The notes below the pieces were generated by a model. The model ran no database searches. It was not told the origin of the DNA and saw only the letters and a list, made by a program, of their open reading frames with translations. From NCBI GenBank assembly GCA_030141605.1, contig JAQGDQ010000286.1:1-64000 (forward strand): 64,000 bases of DNA. Direction: 5' to 3'. This stretch comes from Tubiluchus corallicola. Taxonomy: Eukaryota > Animalia > Priapulida. Made by a program: the position numbers and the translations under genes. Below are positions 42,088 to 55,362 of this stretch, piece after piece (the first letter of the stretch is position 1; every line of letters begins with the position of its first letter).

Positions 42088-44024
42088 ACCCCTTTATTGG
42101 CATCCAATGGCGTCACACACTCTGCACAAAATACCATTTAAACTGTATTTGCGCCACCTATAGAAATTATTGTTTGGCTAGTAGAAGCATGTGCACCTTT
42201 AGTGAGCAAAACACGGAAAATGTAGAAAGGATTACTACAATTTCATCATTGCTATAACAGTAAAGCTGTGGATTTCTCTGTCCATTCTCTGTCAGGAGGG
42301 AACTTGACACTGACAACAGTACGTTCTGCTCATTTGCACAAAGAAATGGTCAACAGTTTAACGAGTTAATTTGTGAATTCGCCGCCAAAGGTCTAAGTCA
42401 CTTTAAGCCCTGTTTGGTGACAAATGAGTACCAGACGCCCACTAGTTCTAGAAGAGCTTTTAATTTGTGGTTTAGATGGTTGAATGGTTGAAACTCTGTT
42501 CAGCGGGGCAGCCGGGGACAATGGTGTACAAATACGTCAGCGGCTTAAGACCGAGCGGCAAGCCGTCCGCGGTAGATGACACTGATCCTTCTTGAATTGG
42601 GTAACATAATAAAAACAGAAGAGAGCCCACCGACTGAACGAGCCAGCTGATTGTGGCAGAGCAGCAGGAGTGGAATTAAGCATCTAAACAACCAAACAAG
42701 CAGCAAGGCTACTAGATAAAGCAGCGGTAAATGAAAAAGTGCCTTTGAATAGGCACTTCTAGGTATCAAGCTCGGATTAAACCAGCTGTCCTGCTATATC
42801 ATTCATACCATAATCCCTCCGGTCCACTCGGGGTGGTAAAAAACTCCCTTTTCAAATGACTTTAGCAGCCCTAACGAGTCGAGTTCGTCGTTACATGTTT
42901 CCGACCATTGTGGCACAAAATCGTTTCATGCACTAGAGTCGAACATCAGAAACAAAACGACAGATGTCACAAGAGAAATCTGTTAGCAAAAAGATGCCCG
43001 GTTAGTTAACTAAGCAACCAAGCCTCCGGCAATGATAGAAAAAAGATTTTTCAAACGTTTGCGCAGAATTAAAGATAATCCAATCTTGTCAACACAGAAA
43101 CATATGGAAATATATTCTATCCGGAGGCGATGTGATAGCTTCCTCGCAAGAATCGCAAAGATGAGCCCTGATTTTAGAAGAATGGCCACCATCACAAGAC
43201 AACATTGCTGTTGTTTTTCTAGACGTGAAACAAGTTATGCAAGCGGCGGGCGTATTGATATTAACGCCTAATTAATATGAAAGCAAAACAAAGCGGTCCG
43301 TGCAAGCATCAGAAGAGGTCAAATCTTAGACAACCTGGCAAAGACTTTGACAACACAAAGAGAGATATTTGAACAGAAGAAGTTCGTGAGCCTGGGTTAG
43401 CGAAGTGACATCTTTAGTTGGCCGGCAGAGTGCGTGACGTAGAGTAGACACAGGGAGCTTACTAATTCATCCTCACTACCTCGCCTGTCATGTATTTATC
43501 GTCTCCTGCAGTTGTAACAACTTCTCTCTGTTTACCGAGTCAGCTGCAAAAGTTGTTTTCAGAAAATTCGACTAGTCTCGGAAAATATTTGCGAGTTTTT
43601 GTCTAGCGGTTGGCTATTATTTTCCACCACAAACCGGGGGTAGTTCTCTATGGGCGTTGTCAATCATTCGAGTATCTAAGCTTTAAGTCATATTTGAGGA
43701 ACAGCATAAACCAGCCGAGTCAAAAGTTACCGACGAACAATGGCGAAGAGCGAGTCAGGAAGAATCGAGGAGCTAAATAATAAATCACTGCCTTTATTTA
43801 ACGGCTAAATAATAATCTGTTCAAAATGGCACTTCTTTGCAGGTTAATGTAGGCTAATACACTCATCCATTACTTAATTTACCCCTCTTGAGTTTCTTAA
43901 CATGTGGACTGTGAGAGTTTATTGTTAGGTTAAATTGTATTGGTTACTAGTACGCGTATTATTTTTATTTATTTGTATTAATTTATTTATCTTATTCGTA
44001 TTAAGATTTTATTTATTTATTTAT

Positions 44025-45210
44025 TTTTTTATTACACACACTTAAAAACATTTCTAGTTAAAACAGCACAACTTTATTAAAACTTTTACTTTACATAGTT
44101 TTGACGAACATTTCCACAGCGTACGTTTTGACATTTAGGTGAATCGTCTGGAACTGCCAAAAAATGAAAAAATTCTCCTCAATCCAGCATTAATGATCAT
44201 ATTTGTGCGTCTGGCCACAAAACTGATTTTAATAATTTCAGCACTGCGACCAGAGCTACAAATAACTGGGACTTATTAATAAAAGAAAGTTTATCTGTGT
44301 ACCCTAATAAGCCTTCTCTTAATGCACAAAGTAGTTCAGTTCCTTTAATTTTATTTTCAAACACTTAGCTATTTGTTACTGTGTCTATTTCTTCTCTTCA
44401 CGTCTGCTTATTTATTACCTATTTGTCTTTTTGTAAATACATAATTTGTGCATAAGTTACTGTATCAATTTCTTTACTGTTCTGCTTATTCATTACCTAT
44501 TTGGCTTTTTGTAAATACATAATTAGTACACAAGTTACTGTATCATTTGCTTTAGTGGTCTGTTAACTACTTAATTAGTGCATAACAGGCTCTGCTTATA
44601 TAAACTGGTTGTATGTTTGTAAATTTACCACTGATGATGACAGAAGCAGCCTGTGGAAACGTTTGGCATAATTTTAACTTTGTAAAGTAAAAGTCTTAAT
44701 AAGGTTGTGTTGTTTTAACTATAAAAGTTTTAAAGTGCTTGTACTAAAATAAATAAATAAAATCTTTGCAGTTAAAAAGAACACAACTTTATTAAAACTT
44801 TTACATTAAAAATTTGTAATCATGCCAAACGTTTCAACAGACTACAGCTGTCATCATCATTGGCGAATTTACAAACATACAACCAGTTTATATAGGCAGA
44901 GCATTTTCTTTTCTACTCGTCTGCTTGATGATTACCCATTTGGCTTTTGTAAATACGTAATTAGTGCAACAGTTAATGTATTAATTTCTTTACCAGTCTG
45001 CTTATTCATTGCCTATTTAGTTTCTGTTCAATACATAATTAGTGCATAATGTTCTATACTGTAAGCTTTGCCTACATAAACTGGTTGTATGTTTGTAAAT
45101 TTACCACTGATGATGACAGCAGCAGCCTGTGGAAACGTTTAGCATGTGGAAACCTTTTTAATGTAAAATTTTAATAAAGTCATGTTGTTTTTAACTATAA
45201 AATTTTATTT
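44025..45210. mobile_element. Tandem pair of Penelope-like inverted-pLTR elements with minimal hammerhead motifs (family H1)
   Basis: Arm order: minus (truncated, 44025-44120), plus (HHR 44628-44666), minus (HHR 44825-44863), plus (HHR 45104-45142). Spacers contain ~80-bp subrepeats (GTTACTGTATC..CTGCTTATTCATTACCTATTTG..TACATAATTAGTGCA). Confidence 0.78.
44628..44666 (+). ncRNA. Minimal type-I hammerhead ribozyme motif
   Basis: CCA-CUGAUGA-UGACAG-aagcagc-CUGUG-GAAA-CGUU-UGG. Core boxes are intact, helix I is CCA/UGG, helix II is ACAG/CUGU with a G.G closing mismatch, and palindromic AACGUU replaces helix III. Confidence 0.6.
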
Positions 45211-45332
45211 ATTTATTATTTATTTATTTTATAATAACTTCTTTGGTAGTCAAGTCACAGGAAAACAATCATGGAAAAGAAGTCACAATTTTGCAAAGGA
45301 AATGTCACAGGAAAAAGTCGCCATCAAATATG

Positions 45333-45608
45333 GCTAGGGTTAATGTTAGGGCTGTGATTAGGGTTACGGTTAATGTTGGGATTAGGGTTAGGGTTTGGGC
45401 AGGCTAGGATTAGGGTTAGGATTTGGGCAGGCCAGGGTTAGCGTTAGGGTTAGGGTTATGACTAGGGTTAAGGTTAATGTTAGGGCTAGGCTTAGGGCAG
45501 GGCTATGGTTAGCACTATTGTCAAGGTTGTGGCTAGGGTTTGGGTTAATGTTAGAGCTTGGGCTAAGGTTAGGGTTAATGTTAGGGCTAGGACTAGGTTA
45601 AAGTTAAT
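45333..45608 (+). repeat. Degenerate telomere-like (TTAGGG)n array
   Basis: 6-bp periodic GGTTAG/GGCTAG/TGTTAG variants, preceded by repeated (A/T)GTCACA(GGAAAA) motifs at 45250-45320. Confidence 0.85.
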
Positions 45609-46654
45609 GTACCTCGTACGTCATTCTCGCTCACTCTCGGAAAAGACGCAAAAATGCGAGCTTCACGGCAACGAACGCGTTTGAAAATCGCTAAGAAAAG
45701 GTAAGTTAATTATTTTATAAGTCTCCTTTGTTTAATAATAATTAAGAATTGTTTGTGTAATCCTAATGCGTTAAAAACGACAATGTCTGCTGGGGTTATG
45801 TAGGCCTTTAAATTTTTCATATGAACTTTCGGAAGATGCTGTCAACGTTACTAGTTGAGACGACTTACTAAGATTTGCCTGACAAATTGACTGACACTTT
45901 GCGACACCATTGACTCCAAATTCACATTTTCCCATGGCTTTCCACTGACGACTTTGATGCTTATCTACCTAACAACCTGCCAAGGTGGGCGCAGACAATG
46001 GACAGGCAACAATGATAACGTAGCACCTGATTATTGAAGCACAGATAGTATTCATCAGCAGACAGGAATCACTTAATGGAGAAATGTACTGAACCAGGAG
46101 TAATTTAGCCAGAGGACTGACTGTCTTATCTCCAACAAATTGAACCAAGTCTTGATCAGAATGTAGTCGCAAAATGACACTGTAATTACAGCTGAAGGTA
46201 AACACATGTTGCTCGTGCAAATATATTTAGAATAAAGAAATTTTTCTATACTTTCTAAGTTTCATCTACATTTCAGTGGCTATCATGAACCTATGAAAAA
46301 ATGTTAGATTCTAAATAATTTGATAACAAGCTAGAATTGTAAAATTTTGCTATAAACCAGAATCAAGATTTTGCTTCCGGTAAAACGATGACGTCACAAA
46401 CGATTACTGCTACCCTTAATTGCATAGTGTACGTTTTGTTTATCACTTTTGGTTTTAGATAGTATATCCTACTGTTTCTGTGTGACTGCTTCTACTGACA
46501 TTTCCGTCTTAATACTCTTGTTTTAGAACATTCTTAACTTATCTGAAATTTAACATTATTAACTATCCTGCCAAGATCAAATATTAAAGGTAAAAAAGAA
46601 ATCTTATTAATTAATTTCTTAAAAACAAAACTTTAGACAACAGCGATATCAACT

Positions 46655-46777
46655 ATGACGACAAGGACGGAAGTAGTGATGCTAATGATGATAACGATGA
46701 TGATGACGATAATTGTATTGTCTTGTGGTAAAAGTGGGTTTTGCAGCAGCAAAGGTGCAGTTAAATGATGATGATGG

Positions 46778-46818
<41 letters not shown>

Positions 46819-46825
46819 TTGATGT

Positions 46826-46859
<34 letters not shown>

Positions 46860-46942
46860 GGTGATGAAGGTGACGACGATGTTGATGATGATGACGACGA
46901 CGACGATGATGATGATGATGTTGATGACGATGGTGACGATAA
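46655..46942. repeat. (GAT/GAC)n microsatellite
   Basis: Direct reading. Confidence 0.93.
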
Positions 46943-47602
46943 TGCAATTTATTTTCTTGCCTGATGATGATAACAATGTCATGCGACCTGATTTTCGTAG
47001 ACGTGAAAATTAACTGACATTACCCATTAATTAACCCGCAAATTTTAATTAAGGAGGTAATTTAGCTCCCCGAATTTTGCCCCAAGTGGCGCCCCGACTG
47101 GCAGTCAACTATGATTGTCCAAGATTGAATTTCCTGCAAGAATTTGTGTCAGTCAGCGAGAACAATGGACTGTAGTTATTCTGTGTCGAGCAGAGTGGCT
47201 GACTGCTCTGGTTAATCATATTCACGTTGAAATTTTACCTAATTTTCAGTTATCTGACTCGACGCCATTATTGTGTCTCACAATGGAGGCAGGGCGAGTT
47301 GCAAGGTTTGGCTGATAGTGACCAACAGTGACCAACGTCTGGCAACGTATCCATTGCAGTAGTCTCCCCAGACGCTGCGGACCTTGGTGCCTTATCACGC
47401 TGGGAGGCAGAATGAACAGGTATTGCTCAGGTGAGAAAATGAAGAGATAAGAACATCAGGTGACATTTCTACCTGTTAGATTTGCATTAGGGGTAAATTA
47501 AGTTATTAAATGTATAATTACTATTGTACCGTGTATGTAATTCACAGGAAAAATGGGAATTTTATATCCCCCCAAAAAATTTACATACAAATTTATATTG
47601 TA

Positions 47603-47990
47603 TAATCACATCAATGCATTTATACCAAAATTTATAGCATTTATAGCAATGCTGATAAATTTTTATTCTTGGTGGGAAATATTGATTTAGAAGTAATTAA
47701 GGAATTTATTAAATATGTTTGAAAAAGCGTTTTAAGACATGATGAATGATATACTATGTAATGATCATATTACTGTAAACGAGGCCAGGTGAATGATAAT
47801 CTATTATAAATACTAATCGTTAAACTTTTCATTAAATAACTAAAATAAATAACAGGAAGATTTAATAATATTTGTTTTATCAATAATTGTTTTGTTTGTC
47901 TGCAGTGTCATTATATTTCAAAATTGAAACTAATTGTATGTCTTGTTTTTCTTGTATTGTATGTATTTTTGGCACTAAGAAATATGAAAT
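47603..47990 (+). mobile_element. Second, more truncated copy of the RTEX-like LINE 3' end
   Basis: Colinear with ~33684-34055 (AATCACATCAATG...ATGCTGATAAATTTTTATTC...TTTTGGCACTAA). Confidence 0.85.
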
Positions 47991-48036
47991 GTGGAATATG
48001 TTGATTGCACGTGTCTTCTCTAATCAAGAATCTTAA

Positions 48037-48500
48037 AGGAAGACAGGATGATCTTTCATTTACTACCCAATTTTCAAATCCGACAAAAGTATACCTTTTA
48101 ACGCAATTAATACTGCAAAAGCTTTTCTGATAATTAAATTATAAATTAAAATCTTAGTTAACGGCGAGCGAGCTCAACTAGTTGATGACATCACGAACTA
48201 GCATAATTTTTAACAGCAAAAATATTCCACGAGCGTGTTTGCGAAAAGAAAAGAAGATATTCAGTGTGTTGTACTAAAACTTTTCAAGCTTTAAGATAAA
48301 AATTTAAATTTCGAATTTACCGCTGTGCTCACGCATGAACGTGTGCAGTTCGTCACGAACTAACACATCTGAACTGAAATGTACAGCGAAATAGCGTTTG
48401 GTCTGGTAATAATTTTTTCACGTAAGTCATTTTGAAAAAAAATGTATTTTAAAGAGCAGAATGTTTTGACCTACAGTTTAAGATTAGGTCCAGCTTTGCT
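48037..48500 (-). mobile_element. Kolobok-type family A copy (internal deletions)
   Basis: TTAA|AGGAAGACAGGATG...CTTTGCT|TCAA, reverse complement of family A. Confidence 0.8.
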
Positions 48501-49339
48501 TCAAAGTAGGAAAGTAGACGATTCCTAGTCGACTTCTGAGTTTAGACAAAACTGCCTAAAATTGGAAAAAATAACTAGAAGTTCACTAAACTAAGCAAAC
48601 GTTTAAATTACTGTACTCTATCTCATCGATAAAATTAATAACATTTTCTGATGAGCAAGTGGCGTTTTGGTTCACAATGGTTCATAATGGTTCATTATGG
48701 TTCAAACTAATGAGCAAGTGGTTCATAATGAAAGTGTGAAACACTGACGTTTTTTGGTTCACAACGAAAGTGTGAAACAGTGACGTTTTGCCAGCTGCCG
48801 CGAAAAATTTAAGTAACATAAAATCATTTCATTTGTTACAAATAAAAAAATACATTCCAGTCATTAGACTTTTAGTGAAAGAACAGGAATTACACACACA
48901 AAAACAAATGCACACAGCAACACACAAACGAAGCAAATAACCTGACAAGTACTACATAAAGGTGTACGCTTGAGATGTATATTACTCCTAAAAACAGCTG
49001 CATTATACATTAAAAAGAATTCAAACCAAATTTCATGATAAATAATTCGATACAGCGCTATAAGTTGATTTCAATATTAAAAAAGTTCTATAATGTCTAC
49101 AATTATTGCAATGATAATAATTATAGTAAAAATTAAAATGAGAGGCAGGACTTAGGGAACTAAAAAGGTAGGATCTGTCCAATCAGGATCGTTTTTGAAT
49201 TTAAAAAATAATCGTTCATTTTAGTAATATATCCCTTTCAAATAGGTAAGCATAATATCAAAATGTATTTTTATGTGGAATTTTTTTGCGTCACTTTAAA
49301 AAAATCCTCTTTCTCCTTTAAGACACGATATCAGTTTAG

Positions 49340-49700
49340 TTTAAACCTAATTTATTATAGGATTGGATCAGACAGTTTGAACAACATGATTTAGGATCCT
49401 CACCGCAACAGACTTTATACACTATTTACAAAAACATTTACAGTAAGAACAGACCATAACTACACAGAAAATGACGGTTAGAAAATATTAATCTACGATT
49501 ATTTAAGAATGATGCATTTCATATCAGATAGAAACTACTGGAAGCGTTTAGTACGTAATATAAAGTCATGTATACATTGGAATATTTTACAGATAGCAAC
49601 ATAGTTAAATTCATCTTTTCCAAACAATCACAACTTCAACAGATCATTATTTCCTAGGGCAGCATATAATCAGTTTATCAGTTTATAAAGCTGCTCTCAC
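49340..49700 (-). mobile_element. 3' fragment of a CR1-group LINE, copy 2
   Basis: Minus strand L*LFGKDEFNYVAICKIFQCIHDFILRTKRFQ* (stop at 49535-37), the LLFG...IF...FI..TKRF ORF2 terminus; followed by a UTR and AATAAA. Confidence 0.85.
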
Positions 49701-50034
49701 CTCTTTAAAAGCCACAACCCTTGGGCAATAGATATAATAACATCATGCACTTTATTTCCCTGTACCGGTCAAATTATGCTTAACTACATAATTAGTCGCC
49801 ATTAATAAAAAACTGCCCTTTACAGCTTGGTAACTGTTTCTAGCATTGAGTTTAGCATAATCCGGTAATAAGTGGGCAGAAATCTTGGAGATTATCCTCC
49901 TGTTAATTAGTAGTCGGTTCCGCAACATGTGTAGTCGCCAGCATCTTTACAAATACGTTCGCATGCCAGGAAGTCGAGTTTATGAAAATTAATCTGCCAG
50001 GCAGTCACCATGTCTGAACAAAGTCTGTAGTTAA

Positions 50035-50630
50035 AGGAGGGAACAAGTCGCTCAGTATGTTGGGTTTATTTTACTGTTTTCACTTAAACTGTTTGTGGTG
50101 TGCTAAAGGAAAGAACAAGTCACTTAGTATGTTGGGTTTATTTTACTGCTATCACTTAAACTTAGAAAGATATAACAAAGAAATTTACAAAGAAGTGCCT
50201 ATAAAGCATAAATTTAAAATAAACTACCTCTGAATAGAAATTTTCAGGCGTGGTGGTTGCCGTCATTCGCTTGAAAATTATGACGTAAGTGGGAGACTTC
50301 GTTGCTTTTCGTAAGTGCATTGTGACTTTCTGTAAGCACGCGCTGCTTAAACTAATTCAAACTTCTACAGCTTACCTAATGTTCACGCAAAAATATTAAA
50401 ATATTAGCTATCTAATTATTTGTAATAACTTATTATACTTTTGATGATAATTGACTGTGCACTGCTTTTCTTTAGGGCGAATGACGTCATTGGAAGAAAA
50501 ATGGGCATTCAAAATGGAAGCGCCCAACCATGAAGTGATCGTGACTTTAAAGTGATTTTACTAGTTACACGAGGCGCTTATTGCAATTTTTTTACTAAAT
50601 CCTTATAAAATTTTTCCCGAATATTGAAAT
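50035..50630 (+). mobile_element. Kolobok-type family B copy with duplicated 5' end, 3' truncated
   Basis: The 5' terminus appears at 50035 (after TTAA) and again at 50107; the body is colinear with 26146-26610. Confidence 0.75.
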
Positions 50631-50709
50631 AACCCTGCTTTCCCAGAAGACTTGACTTGACAGAAAACTGAGAATACGCAAGAATCTACTCAAATACCTA
50701 TAGATGTAC

Positions 50710-51233
50710 GCGTTTCTGATAACTAAATAATAGATTAAAAACTTAATTAACGGCTGGAGAGCCCAACTATTGATAACATCACAGACTAACATAATTTTCA
50801 ACAGCAAAAATATTCCACGAGCGTGCTGCACGTGTTTGTGAAAGCAAAAATTGAAGTGCAGTGCTACTGTAAGATATTCAATGTGTTGTACTAGAACTAG
50901 GCAAGTTTTAAGATAAAAATTCGTATTTCAAATTTACAGCTGTGCTCATGCATGACTTGTCGAACGTGTGCAGTACGTCACAAATGAACACATGATACAG
51001 CACCTGTTTTTTGTGCAACGTGTTTGCAAAATGCAGGCGCTACTGCCCGTCTATCTAGCGAATGGTAAAATGCATGTAACAGCGAAGTACTAGTGGCGCG
51101 AAAGTGAAATTGTCTTTATGTGGTAATAATTGTTTCATGTAAGTCATTTTTGAAAAAAATAGTATGTTTCCTTTCAATATTTTAAAGAATGTTTTGTTTC
51201 GATCTGCAGTTTCAGATTAGGACCGGTTTTGCT
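50710..51233 (-). mobile_element. Kolobok-type family A copy (one end truncated)
   Basis: Reverse complement of family A, ending GGTTTTGCT|TGAA. Confidence 0.8.
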
Positions 51234-52614
51234 TGAAATAAATGTTAAATTATTTAAAAGCCTGCATTGGAATTGACGCCGAATGAAAGATGCTTATGCT
51301 CATCCTCGTTGCTATTTCTATAGATTTATTATGAAAAGGTTTCCTCTATTGGAAAGCATTGCGTGGAAATATTCATAATTCCTGTTTACATTATTTGACA
51401 TTGATTAAAACTTTTATTTAGAACAATACAACACTTTCATTAGACTACGTCTCTAATTGGGTTATCAATACAGGTGTGCACAGGTAAAAGCCACTACACC
51501 AACACTTGAGTAAGTCAAAGGAGGCACGCCACCCACAGACAGCACAATACAAGCAAGGGTATTTAGCATATACATGCAAACAAAGCATTATAATGCTGAG
51601 AAGAAAGCCCCGGGTCTGATTATTTTAAGAAAAAAATCCCAGCAGACATCTTACAATTTACAAACCGTTATCGTCTATTAGGCAAAACAAGGCAAAATAT
51701 ATGCCCCATAAAACCCGATGGAGACAAAAATCCAATTATCATAAACCAACAAATTTGGCTTGAAACTATAAACACATAAACAATGAGGGCTGTTAGGGTA
51801 GGGACGCTATATTTGACGGGGCGTTTGGTTGGAGTAAAAGAAAAATCAGCATAGACAAACAACTGGAGAATATAAATTCACAACAGTTTGTTTTCTTACA
51901 CTCAAGGTGAACGAACAGGACCCAAGGCTGTCCGTTTTCCATGCTTTTGGAAAATTATTTAGCAAACAATTCAACTGAGAAGTAACATTGCATTAGTAGG
52001 TCTGAGGAATCAATCTGAAATTTAGATTATTTCATTTTGATTAAAGCAATATTACATGCTGGAACTGCCTTGATATCTATAAAAAAGTATTTTGACTTTA
52101 TAGCCTAAATGCAATGCTGCTTTGCAGGCGAGGAATTTTTATTGAATTTTTTACAAATTTTATTTAAATTTTTTGTTTATTTCAACTCATAAACGTACTG
52201 ATTAAGACATACTATTGCAGATACAGTTTAAACTAAGCAGAAATAATTTAAAATGCAACATAATCTATGCATTATTGTCACTCGTGCCAGCATAAAACTG
52301 TTGTTACTAACAATTCAAATGCTTTAATTGATTATTGGACTTTGAAACGTTGCGTCAATGTCACTTTGACGTCGGCTGGTTACAGCTATTGACGTCAAAT
52401 TCTGCGTTGACCAAACGAGTAATTGTCAGAGCTAAATATTTTTATCTTCAATTGTTAAATATCATTCGTTTTGAAGAAATTAACATTGATAAATTCCAGA
52501 GAAATATCAAATACGTTTTACAGCCCCCCAAAAATCGATTGTTGCAACTTACTATAGCTTTATCAACAATTAGCATTGCTGTATAGAGATTCGCTGCTAT
52601 TAGTACTAATACGT

Positions 52615-52620
52615 AATAAC

Positions 52621-52686
<66 letters not shown>

Positions 52687-52940
52687 CTTTGTTTAAAGTC
52701 GGCTTTTGGGTCAACAATTAACATTAGCTCAAAGAGCTATTATCGCCGACTGTAAATAACAACCTACAACTACATAACAGAGACTATTATTACCCCACTT
52801 TTACCCTAAATACCACGCGTCAGGCAGGGCAACAGCAGGTACCATTTTTAAAGTCTTTGGTATGACCCGGCCGCTGGTTCGAACTCACGACCTCCCAGAC
52901 GGAAAACAGACGCATTACCACTAAACCAAACCGTCTGGTC
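52615..52940 (-). mobile_element. tRNA-derived SINE, copy 2 (MetaSINE-like core)
   Basis: Minus strand TGGTTTAGTGG (A box), GAGTTCGAACC (B box), GGTCATACCAAAGACTTTAAAAATGGTACC core, 3' hairpin and (TAT)n tail. Confidence 0.88.
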
Positions 52941-54182
52941 TAAATGCAATAAAGTTTATTGTAAAAGAGAAAAAAGAAAACAATGCAATGTAATAAAATA
53001 AAATAATATCAAGTAAAATGAAATAAAATCAAATTTGTTACACTTGTATATATGTATTATAACTACAGTTAATCAGTAACAGTAATTACAGTAAAATCAA
53101 AGTTAATTTGTTATACCTGTACATATGTGTTATAATTACACATTTTTCTTGCTTTGTTTTTCCTTTTACTCCTATTTCTTGATAGTTATTGTGTTATGTG
53201 TATCTAATAATATAGTTTATGTGTATCTAACAGTTATAATTTTTTTATATATTAGTAGTTTTTGTGAATAGCAAATGTCTGTGTAAATTTAACATTATGA
53301 TTCGTTCATTCGTAATTATATAGTCTTGCGCAGCATTATGACAAATCACGTCGTTCCCTTTTCGACGGGACGCTTCAAAAAAGCCGCCCGTTCTCGATAA
53401 TTTTCGTGGAATAGTTCAAGCACGTTTTGGTCCACCCCTCTTCGTTCAACCCACCAACTATGCAGTTTTTCAGCTTCATGATTCGGCATCACTTTAAGCA
53501 GGGACATCAGTAGCTATTAGTGGCAAATTACCGACTGGACACGGAGCACCAGGTATTGAGAATAACACCATTGTACCTCTGCCGAATTCTATCCGGTGTC
53601 AAAAGGCATTTTATTTTGCTTGGAGTTTTACTGATTTGCGATTCTGATATTGGAGACATAGCCAGAAGCTGTCGTTTTAACATAAAAGGAAAATTTCACC
53701 AATTACGGCTTAATAATTGCTATTGTTACTGGGGGAATTAGTAAATTTTCACAGATTAAGCGTAAACTAGTTTGAGTTCAGAGTAGTGAAAGTATCTGTT
53801 GATAAAACAACGATATCCATTTCAAATGTTTTAATCCCTTTCTGATTGTACGAATATATTCATATATTTGCATATTTACGGAAATATGGGACTGCTCGGG
53901 TGGTAGTTTGGTGGAGGCTTTTAGTTTTTTTTAAAACTCTTGTAAACCGAAGATTAAATTACATTATATTAATATAGATACACTGAGGTTTATAATTATA
54001 ATTACATTACATTAAAACGACTTTACACAATATTAATTAAAACAGACTGAAGTTTAAATTACATTTAAACCAAATAATTTACGTTAAGAGTATGCGTGTA
54101 TTGCCTAGCTGAGAAAAAGATGCGTTAGTTTTAATTGTGCATATCTGGAAAAGAAATTTGTTAGACAATAATAAAGCCATGT

Positions 54183-54229
54183 TATCATTATCATCATCAT
54201 CATCGTCATCCATTACCACCACCACCACC

Positions 54230-54263
<34 letters not shown>

Positions 54264-54290
54264 TCATCATTATCATCACCATCAGCATCG
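54183..54290. repeat. (CAT/CAC)n microsatellite
   Basis: Direct reading. Confidence 0.93.
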
Positions 54291-54813
54291 TGAAATTCTT
54301 GTGTCAGTCTTGTGTACACATTTGGGCATTACTATTCATTAGAACATTCTTACTGCGTAACAGTATTCATGTTTTTCTTAAGATAAGATAAATTTGATCA
54401 GCTACATAAATAACAAGAGCAGTAAAAGCTCTTTATCGTCACTACAGAGCTGCTTCAGCTCTTAAAGCTCCGTCCATCTTCCGTTCCTAAAGCTAGATTT
54501 TGTTGAAGTTGTTGAACATCTTTATTTATCATTGCTATTCGAGCTGTTTTTTATTTACCAGGTGGTTTTTGCAAGGTTTTAAGGCTTCCTTTAAGGCGAT
54601 TCTTACAAGTGTTTCATCACGTTGTAATCTTAGAAGATGTCCTAGCCGTCTTAACATTCAAAGCTTAACTTTTGAACTTTAAGAAATTGCTTAGTGTGTA
54701 AATCTTTATGACAGTTATCTAAAGACGCTGTTTTTAAAGTGTTTTCTCCAAAAAGGACAAGGATATCAACAGGAATTCCTTCTCTCTCATTTCATTTCAT
54801 TTTAAAATTTTTA

Positions 54814-55362
54814 TTGTTGTTGTTGGCATCCTTCTGTATCGGAAGACAATGGAGTGTGCGCCAAGAGAGTCAGTTATTGATCACATTGATGGAGCTGCAG
54901 CGTCGACTGTGGCTGAGCAGTCCCATCCTTGAATCACTGGAATGGCCTCTCCAGGGCGCACGCCTGGGCAAGGTGTATGGAGATCCTGAGTTGCCCAGAT
55001 AACAGAAACCCCCTCTCTTCCTCCCTGGTGTAGTCCAAAGGAAAGCGGAGCGATACGTTTGGCACCAGGTTGGCTGCAGGAGCTGCCGGAGTCAGTGAGC
55101 ATGCTGCACTGGTCCACCTTTGGGGCTCCACTCCTGATTTGCAAGGTTTACTCCTCTACACCGTTGGGTCACTTGACCTCCTCCGCCCTCTAACCGTTGG
55201 CTGCTTGTGCAGCTCCTCCGCCTTGGGTCGAGATACAGTGTGGGCATCCCGCAAGCATACAGCACCTGGCATTCCTATCCATCCAAGTACTAACCAGGCT
55301 CTACGTTGCTTAACTTCCGTGATTAGACGAGAACCTGTATTCTCAACGTGATATGGCCGTAG
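54814..55362 (-). mobile_element. Full-length 5S rRNA-derived SINE (SINE3) with RTE-like body and tail
   Basis: 5S head at 55255-55362, GC-rich body, 3' end GCACACTCCATTGTCTTCCGATACAGAAGGATGCC(AAC)n, and an exact 11-bp TSD TAAAATTTTTA at 54803-54813 and 55363-55373. Confidence 0.9.
55255..55362 (-). pseudogene. 5S rRNA-derived head (not a functional 5S gene)
   Basis: CTACGGCCATATCACGTTGAGAATACAGGTTCTCGTCTAATCACGGAAGTTAAGCAACGTAGAGCCTGGTTAGTACTTGGATGG..GGAATGCCAGGTGCTGTA. About 10 nt are missing after TGGATGG and there is no oligo-T terminator. Confidence 0.9.

Noticed and set aside
43740-43808. Good-context ATG (ACAATGGCG) as a first coding exon
   Set aside because: Only 22 codons to a stop, with no convincing splice donor or downstream exon.
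47112-47135. miR-219-like TGATTGTCCAA
   Set aside because: Only the first 11 nt match and no precursor hairpin is evident.
55255-55362. Functional 5S rRNA gene
   Set aside because: Internal deletion, no oligo-T terminator, not in a tandem array, and fused to a body inside a TSD.
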